64,000 bases of DNA, from positions 5,218 to 69,217 of the forward strand of contig JBAUXX010000004.1 in assembly GCA_049584475.1 (NCBI GenBank). Direction: 5' to 3'. How positions within the stretch are numbered: position 1 is the stretch's first letter; every line of letters begins with the position of its first letter. Under the pieces are notes generated by a model. It searched no databases, was not told where the DNA came from, and worked only from the letters and a program-made list of their open reading frames with translations. The translations under genes were made by a program, and so were the position numbers. Source of the DNA: Candidatus Sulfotelmatobacter sp. (GTDB taxonomy: Bacteria > Acidobacteriota > Terriglobia > Terriglobales > Acidobacteriaceae). This document shows, piece after piece, positions 39,425 to 48,172 of this stretch.

Positions 39425-40651
39425 TTATTTCGTCGCCTGATTGGCTTCCCAGATCACCTTGCCTGCACGGATCGTATATCGGATGTTGGTGAACGCCTCA
39501 GGTCGTCCCGATTGTGGATCTTCTGACAGAACCGTGAGATCGCCGCGCATTCCTGGGATCACCTTTCCCTCGTGCGCCGATAACCGAAACAATTCTGCAG
39601 GAGCCGTAGTCAGCATCGTAAGCACATCGCGGAAGCCAAACCCGGCCGCCATGAGTTGACGAAATTCCTCGCCTTGGTCGTAGTCCGTGAGGAACCCGGT
39701 GTCGGTGCCATAAACAAGCCGCCCGCCGAGCCGGTGGAAACGGGAATCGAGCTCACGAATTTCCGAGATGGCGCTGTCCTGCGAGAACAGTTTCAGCGTC
39801 GGAATGATGGTCATGTGTTGCGCGACGATGCGCCGCAGCATCGGCTCATCGATACCCTCTGTAGCCTCAGGCGTATGCGCCAGAACATCGACCCCGGCGT
39901 CGATCGCCACTTTCGTTCCCTCCAGATTCGAGGAATGCGCAAATACCAACTGCGCATGCTTATGTCCCTCGTCCACCGCCGCACGCGCGATCTCCACTCG
40001 CATTGGAGTAATGTGATTCGGGGCAATAATGGAACCAGTAAAGAGCTTTACGATGTCGGCTCCGGCGGCCCGATCCTTTTCGACCAGTGCGGCCGCGTCT
40101 GTAGTTGTCTCGGGCTGGCCCAGCTTCGCCTTGAGGTCCGCCGGCAGCTCCGCCAGGTAATACGGCAGTGCCCGCGCAGGAAACAGAGGAAGCCCCGCAG
40201 TAAAGATGCGCGGACCTGACACCTCGCCGCTCTCTACACGCCTTCGCAAGGCAACAGTGTTCTCTATGTCCGAGCCGGTATCGACCACCGTTGTAAAGCC
40301 CGAATGCGTGAGCATCTCGCTCATCTGCGACGTCAATTTCTCCGCGGGCTGATGCGCGGCATCGCTCCACTTCGGCTCCATAAAATGCACATGCGCATTC
40401 CAGAAGCCCGCAACAACAACACAGCCCTGGCAGGAGATCGTCTGGATACCTTTGGGTACTCGCAGATGCTCTCCGACCTCCGCGATGACGCCATGACGGA
40501 TCACAATTGTCACGTCGCTCCGTACTTGCGCTTCAGGTGAGGAATAAACAGAAGCTCGCGTAATCGCGAGGTCCTGCGCTACACACACGGCGGCAGCACC
40601 GAGCAGCAACAAAACAGGAACACACGCTCTCGTACGCAATTTTCTGATCAT
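39425..40651 (-). CDS. Secreted amidohydrolase family metallo-hydrolase
   Basis: 408 aa with a signal peptide. GFWNAHVHF (HxH), AHS...DAGVDVLAH and GTDTGF (Asp) fit the amidohydrolase TIM-barrel pattern. Confidence 0.8.
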   Translation of the reverse strand: MIRKLRTRACVPVLLLLGAAAVCVAQDLAITRASVYSSPEAQVRSDVTIVIRHGVIAEVGEHLRVPKGIQTISCQGCVVVAGFWNAHVHFMEPKWSDAAHQPAEKLTSQMSEMLTHSGFTTVVDTGSDIENTVALRRRVESGEVSGPRIFTAGLPLFPARALPYYLAELPADLKAKLGQPETTTDAAALVEKDRAAGADIVKLFTGSIIAPNHITPMRVEIARAAVDEGHKHAQLVFAHSSNLEGTKVAIDAGVDVLAHTPEATEGIDEPMLRRIVAQHMTIIPTLKLFSQDSAISEIRELDSRFHRLGGRLVYGTDTGFLTDYDQGEEFRQLMAAGFGFRDVLTMLTTAPAELFRLSAHEGKVIPGMRGDLTVLSEDPQSGRPEAFTNIRYTIRAGKVIWEANQATK

Positions 40652-40990
40652 TAGACCCTTTCTACGTGCCAGACATCGTAAATATCTCGAAGCTAGCCCA
40701 AGCTATCCACTCCAATCTATCGGTAATGACAAGTCGGCATGCCATCACGTTTTCTCGCAGCAACGGCGTCTCGTCGGATGAAAGGTGCCATGCGCGTTTC
40801 CCAGTGCGTATCCTGGCTTCATCGTCCAACCCACCTCAATGAGCGATTCGGCCCGTTCTCGCCATTTGAGCTTTCGCTCCCCAGAAGTTAAGCGACGACT
40901 TGTACGTTTAGGGCTTCGGATGAGTGAGGGGCCGGACCCTCGTTGGGCGTCCGCGACCTGCCTGTAAAAACTGCCCGCCGAGCGTGTTCT

Positions 40991-41434
40991 TCATATCGAC
41001 CACCGGTTTGCGCGCATGCAGCGTCTCAATACATACGAAGCAAAGACGAACGCCATGACGAGAATCGGATCAAATTTATCCCAAGTACTGCCACCGCCAT
41101 TCAGTTGTGAGTAGAACGCGAGTAAAAGAGTGATCGCGAAACCCGCATAAATCCACTCGGTCAATCGAGGCGACAGCAGTTCCGCAACGTCTTCTTCGGG
41201 CCTGAGAACCGCAACGGCGTCCGTGCTGGACAATATATCAATGCCATTGGCGCGCCGTTGTTCGAACGTTTCGTGCAGCTTTTTTTCGATGTTGCTAAGG
41301 AAGAAGGATTGCCAAACAGGGATGACATCGTGATAGCCCATACCTGGTGGTTTACGATCTTTGGTCTCGCCACACTCATGGTCATCCAAGGGGTTGTGCC
41401 TGACTTGCCTGACCAGACTCTCGTGGTCGAGCAA
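40991..41434 (-). CDS. Hypothetical membrane protein
   Basis: ORF only, with two C-terminal hydrophobic segments (WIYAGFAITLLLAFY, ILVMAFVFASYVL). No motif recognised and the start is uncertain. Confidence 0.3.
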   Translation of the reverse strand: MLDHESLVRQVRHNPLDDHECGETKDRKPPGMGYHDVIPVWQSFFLSNIEKKLHETFEQRRANGIDILSSTDAVAVLRPEEDVAELLSPRLTEWIYAGFAITLLLAFYSQLNGGGSTWDKFDPILVMAFVFASYVLRRCMRANRWSI

Positions 41435-41601
41435 ACGATGGCAACGCTTTGGGCGGGCGTTAAGGCTGTTCCGCGATTGCCGAAGAGAGCAATCACTAAG
41501 CGATCCGACCGATCGAATGCCTCAAAGCGTCACTAGCTTCTGTCTACTTTTCTGGTGTCACGGCGGGCCGGCAAAGCTGGAGACTTTGAGAGAAGGTAGG
41601 C

Positions 41602-42600
41602 TCAAGGCTGATCGTGGTCTGCTTCGGTCGATTTTGGGTCCTTCAAACCACGTCTGAGGTATTCGCCTGGATTAGCCCTGACAACTCGCTTGAACGCCTT
41701 ACTGAATGCGGCGTCGGACTCGTAACCGACCAATCGAGCGACTTCTGGGAGCTTTTTGTCACGCCGTTCAAGTAGCTGTATCGCCTTCTGCATCCGCCAC
41801 TCGGTTACGTATTCCAGCGGCGTTTGTCCGAGTAGCTCTTTGAAACGTGCTGCGAATGCGGAGCGAGACATGCCCGCCGCTTCGGCCAGGGATTCGACAG
41901 TCCAGGGCGTATTCACTCTGTCGTGAATGGCACTCAGAGCCGCGCCTATTTGAGGATCGAAAATTGCACGAAGCCATCCTTTGTTGCGTTCCGGTCCCGA
42001 CGCGATATGCGCCCGCAGTACCTGGATAAATAGAACCTCGGCCAGTCGACTCGCGACGACTTCAGATCCCGGCGCCTGTTCTGCCATCTCTGACGCGAGC
42101 GCGTGCACTGTGGTGTGAAGAGCAAGCGTTCGTGCCTGATCGGCCTTCATCAAAATGAAGTTCGGCAATAACTGAGTGATCGGCCTCAGGCTGGCGCGAT
42201 CGAAACTCAAGGATCCACAGACGATTGTCGTCGGTGCGCCACCGCCGCCACAAAGAACGACATTGCCGTTGGCCTTGGCCCCGATCTCGCGAAAGCTCCA
42301 CCTCGGACGTGTTCGCGGGCTGTCGCGCAAAACAATCGAAGTCCCCTTAGCCAGTAAAAAGCAATCACCACCGGTGAGGGGAATCGGCTCCGCAATCCCT
42401 TCCACACTCAGCCAGCAGTTGCCGCGCGAAAGCATAGCGAAGTGCGCCAAATCTGTGGGTGACATCTTTTTGTCGGAAGGCGTGACTTTTTCTTCGGTCT
42501 GGTTTTCCTGTTTTACACCCCACGGGGCTGTGGCTTCGAGCCTGTGCAGACCGAAAGCGGTTACGTGCATCGTTCTAAAGATGTCTGTTATCGAATCCAA
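41602..42600 (-). CDS. AraC family transcriptional regulator (cupin_6-type N-terminus)
   Basis: C-terminal double HTH (WTVESLAEAAGMSRSAFAARFKELLGQTPLEYVTEWRMQKA...VARLVGYESDAAFSKAFKR). N-terminal DSITDIFRTMHVTAFGLHRLEATAPWG. I moved the start to the TTG at 42600, preceded by GGAGG at 42610..42606. The track ORF (to 42792) would overlap the divergent SDR gene. Confidence 0.8.
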   Translation of the reverse strand: MDSITDIFRTMHVTAFGLHRLEATAPWGVKQENQTEEKVTPSDKKMSPTDLAHFAMLSRGNCWLSVEGIAEPIPLTGGDCFLLAKGTSIVLRDSPRTRPRWSFREIGAKANGNVVLCGGGGAPTTIVCGSLSFDRASLRPITQLLPNFILMKADQARTLALHTTVHALASEMAEQAPGSEVVASRLAEVLFIQVLRAHIASGPERNKGWLRAIFDPQIGAALSAIHDRVNTPWTVESLAEAAGMSRSAFAARFKELLGQTPLEYVTEWRMQKAIQLLERRDKKLPEVARLVGYESDAAFSKAFKRVVRANPGEYLRRGLKDPKSTEADHDQP

Positions 42601-42721
42601 CTTAGCCTCCCCTTTTGGACGAATAGACAAACTATTAGGACTCCCGGGCAGTTCTCGTCTACCGCTGAAGAACTCTACTCTAGTGTACCGAATGCAATAC
42701 ATCTGCCGAAGGGAGTAATTT

Positions 42722-43456
42722 ATGGGAAAGCTTGAAGGAAAAGTTGCGGTCATCACGGGTGGATCGAGCGGCATGGCGCTGGCGAGCGCCAAGCGCTTTG
42801 TTGAGGAAGGCGCCTACGTTTTCATCACGGGTAGGAGGCAGGAGCAGCTCGATGAGGCCGTCAAGCTGATTGGCCGAAACGTGACCGGCGTGCGCGGTGA
42901 CGCGGCCAACCTCGACGACCTCGATCGTCTGTTCGATACGGTCAAGCGCGAAAAGGGCAGGATCGACGTCCTGTTCGCGAGCGCTGGCAGGGGCGATGCC
43001 TTACCACTGGGCGAGATTACCGAGCAGCACTTCGATGCGACCTTCGGCCTGAATACGCGCGGAACGCTGTTCACGGTTCAGAAGGCATTGCCGCTGTTCA
43101 ACGATGGCGGATCGATCATCATGACCGGATCCGTTGCTTCGGTGAAGGGTTTTCCCGGTTTCGGCGTGTATGCGGCGAGTAAGGCGGCATTGCGCTCCTT
43201 TGCACGCACGTGGCTCAACGAACTGAAGGGCAGGAATATCCGGGTGAACGTGCTGGGTCCGGGGCCGATCGCCACACCGATGCAGGAAGAAGTTCTCACC
43301 AAGGAGGCGAAGGAGATGTTCGAATCCCTGATCCCCCGGGGAAAGATGGGTCAACCTGAGGAAATCGCGACGGTCGCGCTGTTTCTTGCTTCCGACGATT
43401 CGAGCTTCGTGAACGGGGTGGAGTTGAATGTCGACGGCGGCTTCTCGGCGATCTGA
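42722..43456 (+). CDS. SDR family oxidoreductase (classical)
   Basis: GKVAVITGGSSGMALASAKRF (TGxxxGxG), NDGGSIIMTGS and YAASKAAL (YxxxK). Confidence 0.9.
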   Translation: MGKLEGKVAVITGGSSGMALASAKRFVEEGAYVFITGRRQEQLDEAVKLIGRNVTGVRGDAANLDDLDRLFDTVKREKGRIDVLFASAGRGDALPLGEITEQHFDATFGLNTRGTLFTVQKALPLFNDGGSIIMTGSVASVKGFPGFGVYAASKAALRSFARTWLNELKGRNIRVNVLGPGPIATPMQEEVLTKEAKEMFESLIPRGKMGQPEEIATVALFLASDDSSFVNGVELNVDGGFSAI

Positions 43457-43642
43457 AGTCAGCGGATCGCGGTGAGTTCATGACCGCCAACGCACTCCCC
43501 GAGATCCGATAGGCAACCAAGAGTCGGCAAAGCTGGAGACAAAATCCTTGGATGCTTGCGCGTTTATCAGGAGTCATCACGACGATGGTCTTTCGCCGAC
43601 AATGAGAGCATTAGCCTGTTTTCTTCAATTGGGAACGCCTGG

Positions 43643-43963
43643 TCAGGCGGCCCATTCATCGAATCGGCGCATGATCTCCATGAGCTTGCATCCCAACAGG
43701 ATGAGAGAGCCCCACAATATGAAGGGGACGCCATAGAGTAGGAGATGCTTGCGCGAACGGGCTAACTCAAAAACCCGCACCTTCACGATGGCGTATACGT
43801 TCGCTGAGAGATAAGCAACGACCAAACAGCTCACTGCCAAGTTATGCATCCTGTTGCTCCTTCCTTTTACCGTGGGAGTTCCGCGCCAATCGTAAAGCTC
43901 GCGCCGAACACGATGTTTCCTCTTGGGCTGAGCGCGCAGTGGCGACGACCGAGCCGCCGCCAC
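43643..43963 (-). CDS. Hypothetical small membrane protein
   Basis: ORF only. It may start at the internal MHNLAVSCLVVAYLSANVYAIV. Two hydrophobic helices; no other support. Confidence 0.25.
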   Translation of the reverse strand: MAAARSSPLRAQPKRKHRVRRELYDWRGTPTVKGRSNRMHNLAVSCLVVAYLSANVYAIVKVRVFELARSRKHLLLYGVPFILWGSLILLGCKLMEIMRRFDEWAA

Positions 43964-44195
43964 TGCGTTCGCTATTGCATAAAGTGCGCAACGGTATGCG
44001 AGTCATTGAAGACCGTTCTCGATGCCAGCTTGCCCTCTCCGGACGGTGCACGCCTTAGATTTGAGACCAGCCACCAGAGGCGCAGCGCTACCCACACCTC
44101 TTCACGACCGGCGCTGAACTCCGGTCGATAATTGGGCCTGAGAACTTCCCTTGCGCCGAGGCGAAGAATTGCCCTGAGACGTCGGTTCCGAGCGC

Positions 44196-45122
44196 CTAAG
44201 TTATGAAATGGTGAATTGCCTCGTTGGCATTATCTTGAAATGAAGTATTTTTCAAATCAGTAAAAAACGTGCTCTGGTCCACCATGGCCCCTGATAACTT
44301 ACCCTCTTTACTGGCATAAAAAACGCCGCTTTGATACCGCTCATCCGAAATGGCATCTACAAAGCGTTTTGCACCTACATCCAGCGCATGCACCATTTCG
44401 CCCATCAGTGGGAATACGATAGGCATCATCACAAACTTCAACATAAACCGCATCGGCGGGGGAAGACTATCTGGCGCCTGAGTTCCTTTTGTATTTCCTG
44501 GGCTCACAACAACAAACTTGAGCTTAGGATATTTTCTTGCCATTGATAACGTCCACATGGTTTCCGCATACTTGACATATGCGTATGCTTGCAATGCGTT
44601 GAACTTCTTACCAAAATATGATCCATCAAGAACAGCAGCAAACTCATCTACAGAAGAAGTCCTCATTGAAACTGGTTTTACTCCGAGCATCTTTACGCCT
44701 GGAACAGCTTCCGCACTGACTGATAGGACTGTTTTCCTCAACTTGTCCCGTTTAATCAATTCCTCCACGAGAATGACATTGCCTAAAATATTCGTAGCAG
44801 CTAATTGATTCATGCCGGAAGGTGTAGATTTTGCAGCCGTTTCCCCAATTACTCCACCTGCATTTAAAACGATGGCATCAATGGGTTCCTTTATTTCTTC
44901 TACTGCTTTTCTTACAGAATTTGCATCCGCAACATCCCCAATAACAATTGCAAAAACCTTTTTCCCCGTTTTCTCCTCAAGGTCTTTTCTTGCTGCCTCT
45001 GCTCTCGCACGATTTCTGCAAAAAAGAATTACCTTTCTTGTTTCTTTTTTCAAGGCGAACTGTCGGGCAGTCTCTTTCCCAAGCCCAGCATTTGCTCCGG
45101 TTATCAAGATACTTTCGGTCAT
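44196..45122 (-). CDS. SDR family NAD(P)-dependent oxidoreductase (AT-rich, apparently foreign)
   Basis: 308 aa. ILITGANAGLGKETARQFA and IVLNAGG. Strong SD (AAGGAGAGAAAC-ATG). Hand counts give 23/60 GC for nt 44521-44580 and 24/60 for 44881-44940. The flanks give 38/60 (44041-44100) and 41/60 (45301-45360). Confidence 0.85.
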   Translation of the reverse strand: MTESILITGANAGLGKETARQFALKKETRKVILFCRNRARAEAARKDLEEKTGKKVFAIVIGDVADANSVRKAVEEIKEPIDAIVLNAGGVIGETAAKSTPSGMNQLAATNILGNVILVEELIKRDKLRKTVLSVSAEAVPGVKMLGVKPVSMRTSSVDEFAAVLDGSYFGKKFNALQAYAYVKYAETMWTLSMARKYPKLKFVVVSPGNTKGTQAPDSLPPPMRFMLKFVMMPIVFPLMGEMVHALDVGAKRFVDAISDERYQSGVFYASKEGKLSGAMVDQSTFFTDLKNTSFQDNANEAIHHFIT

Positions 45123-45143
45123 GTTTCTCTCCTTCTTAGGTTG

Positions 45144-45532
45144 TTAGTTACTTGGGGAATGGAGCAATCCGACAGTCAGTTGATGATGGCCGATGAGCGG
45201 GGCCTGAGCCGCCTCGATGCCCTCCGAAGTGAGCACGCGCTTCTTACCTGGGACCATCCCTGCATTGAGCAGTAAGAAACCGATCGACCGACCTCGCTTA
45301 CCCAGCTCGGCGAGCGCGGATTGAACACTGGTTGGCGAGTCCAGCTCCAGCTCCAGCGGCGTGAATATCACTGTCTTGTTCTCAGCCGCGAGTTGAGCGG
45401 CCGCTTGCTGGGCCCCGGCCAGGCTGCGCCCGGTGACGATGATCTCGTGCCAGCCCTGTACGGCAAGCATGGGGCTGCCGCATAACCGAGCCCGGAAGTG
45501 GTGCCAGTGATGAGTGCGATCGAATGTTCCAT
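45144..45532 (-). pseudogene. Frameshifted and 3'-truncated SDR paralog
   Basis: ATG at 45532 gives MEHSIALITGTTSGLGYAAA. The reading frame then breaks at the G4/C4 run 45471-45474. The +1 frame (track ORF 45144..45470) continues MLAVQGWHEIIVTGRS...FLLLNAGMVPG...LIGHHQLTVGLL. It stops after roughly 130 aa of a roughly 300-aa fold. It aligns by eye with the N-terminal half of the adjacent intact SDR. Confidence 0.65.
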
Positions 45533-45618
45533 GGGCGTCTCCTGTATATACTGTCTTGCAGCGTTACATACGCGAGAGTACGATACCAACAGATGCAGTG
45601 CAAGGAGTTTCGTACTCG

Positions 45619-46236
45619 ATGGTAACTATTATTGCGAAGCGCCCCCCAGGACGTCCAAAAGGCTTTATCCCCGACGAAGCACTCGACCGTGCCGTTGAGA
45701 TGTTTTGGGAGCATGGGTATGAAGGAGTCGACGTGGATCGGATCGCACGCGCCGTGAACGTCACCAAACCCGCGCTATACCGAGCCTTCGGAGACAAGTC
45801 CACCTTGCTGCTCAAGGCGGTCGAGCGCTATGCGCTGACGTATGGAACTCCCAAAATGGCAGCATTTCAAGCGGAGCCGGACATCCACAAGGCCGTGACC
45901 GCCTTTTGCGAGGCTACCGTCGACTCCTGTACTGGCGGGGCTCGCAGCGGCTGCATGATGGCCGCTGCTGCGCTGGGACAGTCGGAGCGGGTAACGGAGA
46001 TCCGTTCCCGGCTCAAGAGGGGCCTGACCGGATCCGCTGATATTTTCGCGAAGCGTTTCGAGCGGGAGATAAAGGCGGGGCGCCTGACTCGCACACCCTC
46101 TGCCAAGGTGCGAGGCCGTTTGCTCGTTGACTTGCTGCAGGGTTTGCAGCTTCGCGCCAAGGTTGGTATCACTCGCGAAGAATTGCTGGAAGATGCTCGA
46201 AGCTATGTGCCCCTGATTCTTGGCAAGCAAATCTAA
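45619..46236 (+). CDS. TetR/AcrR family transcriptional regulator
   Basis: Start trimmed to MVTIIAKRPPGRPKG. HTH ALDRAVEMFWEHGYEGVDVDRIARAVNVTKPALYRAFGDKSTLL. Divergent from the SDR pseudogene. Confidence 0.85.
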   Translation: MVTIIAKRPPGRPKGFIPDEALDRAVEMFWEHGYEGVDVDRIARAVNVTKPALYRAFGDKSTLLLKAVERYALTYGTPKMAAFQAEPDIHKAVTAFCEATVDSCTGGARSGCMMAAAALGQSERVTEIRSRLKRGLTGSADIFAKRFEREIKAGRLTRTPSAKVRGRLLVDLLQGLQLRAKVGITREELLEDARSYVPLILGKQI

Positions 46237-46408
46237 CGCACGTCTCGGGGGCTATGCGTCTGGAAGAGTGCCAAATCGCCGCTGCGCTCACGGATACCAG
46301 ATTAGTAATGACAAGTCGGCTTGTCGGTAGCTTTTCTAGGAGTGCAGTGGATAAAGTAATTTGGTCTCTGACGTTTTGACAAACAAATCCGGGTCCGATT
46401 CAAAGAAT

Positions 46409-46466
46409 TGGCGGGAGCGACGGGACTCGAACGCGCGGCCTCCTGCGTGACAGGCAGGCGTCCTAA
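46409..46466 (-). pseudogene. Diverged tRNA-Asp 3' fragment (about 58 nt: CCA end through anticodon arm into the D-arm)
   Basis: tggcgggagcgacgggactcgaacgcgcggcctcctgcgtgacaggcaggcgtcctaa aligns with the intact tRNA-Asp with scattered substitutions. The anticodon loop still reads GTC. No matching 5' acceptor strand follows. Confidence 0.6.
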
Positions 46467-46573
46467 TTTGAGTGAAGCAGCCCGTGCGAATATAAGAGAG
46501 GATTCGCGAGCTTCGGTGTGCTCTCTAAGGGGAAACAGCGGATAACCGAATCGCGATTGTGTGTCGGAAGACG

Positions 46574-46603
46574 GTGACAGGGCAGCGTTCTAACAGATAC
46601 GTC
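46574..46603 (-). repeat. Second tRNA-Asp scar (anticodon-loop/D-arm segment)
   Basis: gtgacagggcagcgttctaac (46574-46594) is identical to 49530-49550 of the intact gene. It is followed by aga-tacgtc, which matches the tacgtc of the 5' acceptor strand after a 9-nt deletion. Confidence 0.45.
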
Positions 46604-47339
46604 TGCCGGCCAAGCCAGTGGCGCTTCCAACCAGCGTTCCGGTCTTCTCAGATCTAGCTGATTCTCTTTGGGCCATACCGAGCAGATAAATCCCGGTTTC
46701 TCCGCGTGGCCAGAAACCGAGCCGAGACCAGTACGCCCTCAGCCTCCGCACCGCCTCTCCTTGTCCCACGCCTGGTGCTTTCAATCTGTTCAGCGCTTTC
46801 CGATCGCGGGCGAAGGCAGGACTAAATTGCAGCGGCCAGGGCTTGCACGCTACCAATCCACAGGCTGGACCGAAGATGTCGATAGTCCGGTCGACGGCGA
46901 TTGGGCCGATTCCCCTTCCTCGAAATTTCGGACTGATTTCCATGCAGTCGATGATTAACAGGTCGCATCCGGCGGCCTCATATTCATCTTCTACCTCTTC
47001 TTTCCAGCCGCCGGTATCCAAGTCGAACAGGAGTTCCCAATATTCAGCAATACTCCCGTCGATGCCATCTCCCAGCCTCTCAGTGCCAATGCCATGATCC
47101 ATGGCCTCACCGAATTGCACCAACGACGCTTTTATGTAACCGACGTCCTCTTTGTCTCCCTGATCATCAGACATAGCGGAAATCTTTCCTAGAATGGAGT
47201 GGACGAAATCTGCATCAACGTATTCTTCGTGCAACGAGGCCTGGACTGCGAACTCGATGCTCGCAACTATCTTTCGCTTGGCCTCATTCGTCGTCCCTGA
47301 ACCGGCAGTTGCTTTTTCGATCTTCATGTCGCACCTCAT
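46590..47339 (-). CDS. Hypothetical protein with a GNAT-like acetyl-CoA motif
   Basis: 249 aa. Acidic N-terminal half. LLIIDCMEISPKFRGRGIGPIAVDRTI resembles GNAT motif A (R-x-x-G-x-G). No other motif recognised. Confidence 0.4.
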   Translation of the reverse strand: MRCDMKIEKATAGSGTTNEAKRKIVASIEFAVQASLHEEYVDADFVHSILGKISAMSDDQGDKEDVGYIKASLVQFGEAMDHGIGTERLGDGIDGSIAEYWELLFDLDTGGWKEEVEDEYEAAGCDLLIIDCMEISPKFRGRGIGPIAVDRTIDIFGPACGLVACKPWPLQFSPAFARDRKALNRLKAPGVGQGEAVRRLRAYWSRLGFWPRGETGIYLLGMAQRESARSEKTGTLVGSATGLAGRRIC

Positions 47340-47824
47340 GCCGCTGTTTACCGTAGTGTTCGGAATTCGTCAAACGGGCAGGAGCTGCCCATCCCGTTTC
47401 TAGGGCGAAATGGTAGACCCTGCGTCGAGCAGTCATCGCGTTCTGGTCGATGGACTTTTCAACTGAGATCGCTACAGGTGGTGACCCAATCAGGCACACT
47501 CGAATCTTTTGTTGCCGTGCGGCCGGTATCCAGCGCAACCAGAACACTTCAAAGCGGTTACGAGCAATACACAGCGGCCGCATAAGCCTCCGCTTATTCC
47601 TCGGCGTCACACAATCACCGTGCCATCCGGTGGTCTTCGGTGCAACGCGCTAAATCATTGCGCAGCAAACGGTTACTTGGCACGCGTCACGCGACTTGTT
47701 AAATACGCGAATGCCGCCGCGTCAACCCGTTTGACCAATATCTGCTTCCAGTTTAGAACCCGATGATTGGCTGGGAGATCAACTGGACTCTAAACCCAGC
47801 GCAGCGCTATGAGGTGGTGCTCCA

Positions 47825-48073
47825 ATGCTTGAGAACGTGATTGAAACTATCGACCTCGCAACCGAGGACATTAAAGAGCGAAAACAGGTTCAGAGTCAGA
47901 GAAATTTTGAGCCCCTGCTGGACACCGTAGAAGCCGCGAGGCTTCTCAGAATGCACCCTCGAACTCTTCGCACGAAAGCACGGTGCGGTTCAATTCCCGC
48001 TGTCCAGGTTGGAAAACGTTGGCGCTTTCGAGCCTCCACGCTAGATCGTTGGCTTGGCAAACTCGCCAGCTGA
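47825..48073 (+). CDS. Excisionase-family/AlpA-like helix-turn-helix DNA-binding protein
   Basis: 82 aa. LLDTVEAARLLRMHPRTLRTKARCGSIPAVQVGKRWRFRASTLDRWL matches the excisionase/MerR-like HTH_17 pattern. SD GAGGTGG. About 100 nt upstream of the integrase. Confidence 0.75.
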   Translation: MLENVIETIDLATEDIKERKQVQSQRNFEPLLDTVEAARLLRMHPRTLRTKARCGSIPAVQVGKRWRFRASTLDRWLGKLAS

Positions 48074-48172
48074 CCGTCGTTAGGGTCGAGGAACAAAAAA
48101 CATCTCGACCGAAACGAATCGCCGATCTATTCTGACGGTGTCCGCCGACACCGTTTAAGCAAAGGAGAAACT

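Noticed and set aside
41602-42792. Long (396-aa) version of the AraC gene
   Set aside because: The extra N-terminus would overlap the divergent SDR start and has no family similarity. A TTG with a GGAGG SD at 42600 yields the usual family N-terminus (DSITDIF...).
45533-45618. Possible TetR operator (8-bp palindrome GTATATAC) in the TetR/SDR divergent region
   Set aside because: The palindrome is too short to distinguish from chance. No second half-site or extended dyad was found.
48134-48154. Hairpin ACGGTGTC-cgcc-GACACCGT between the excisionase and integrase genes
   Set aside because: It has a perfect 8-bp stem, but only TTTAA follows and it sits 20 nt before the integrase SD. It could be an attenuator or a protein-binding site. 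There is not enough evidence to call a terminator.
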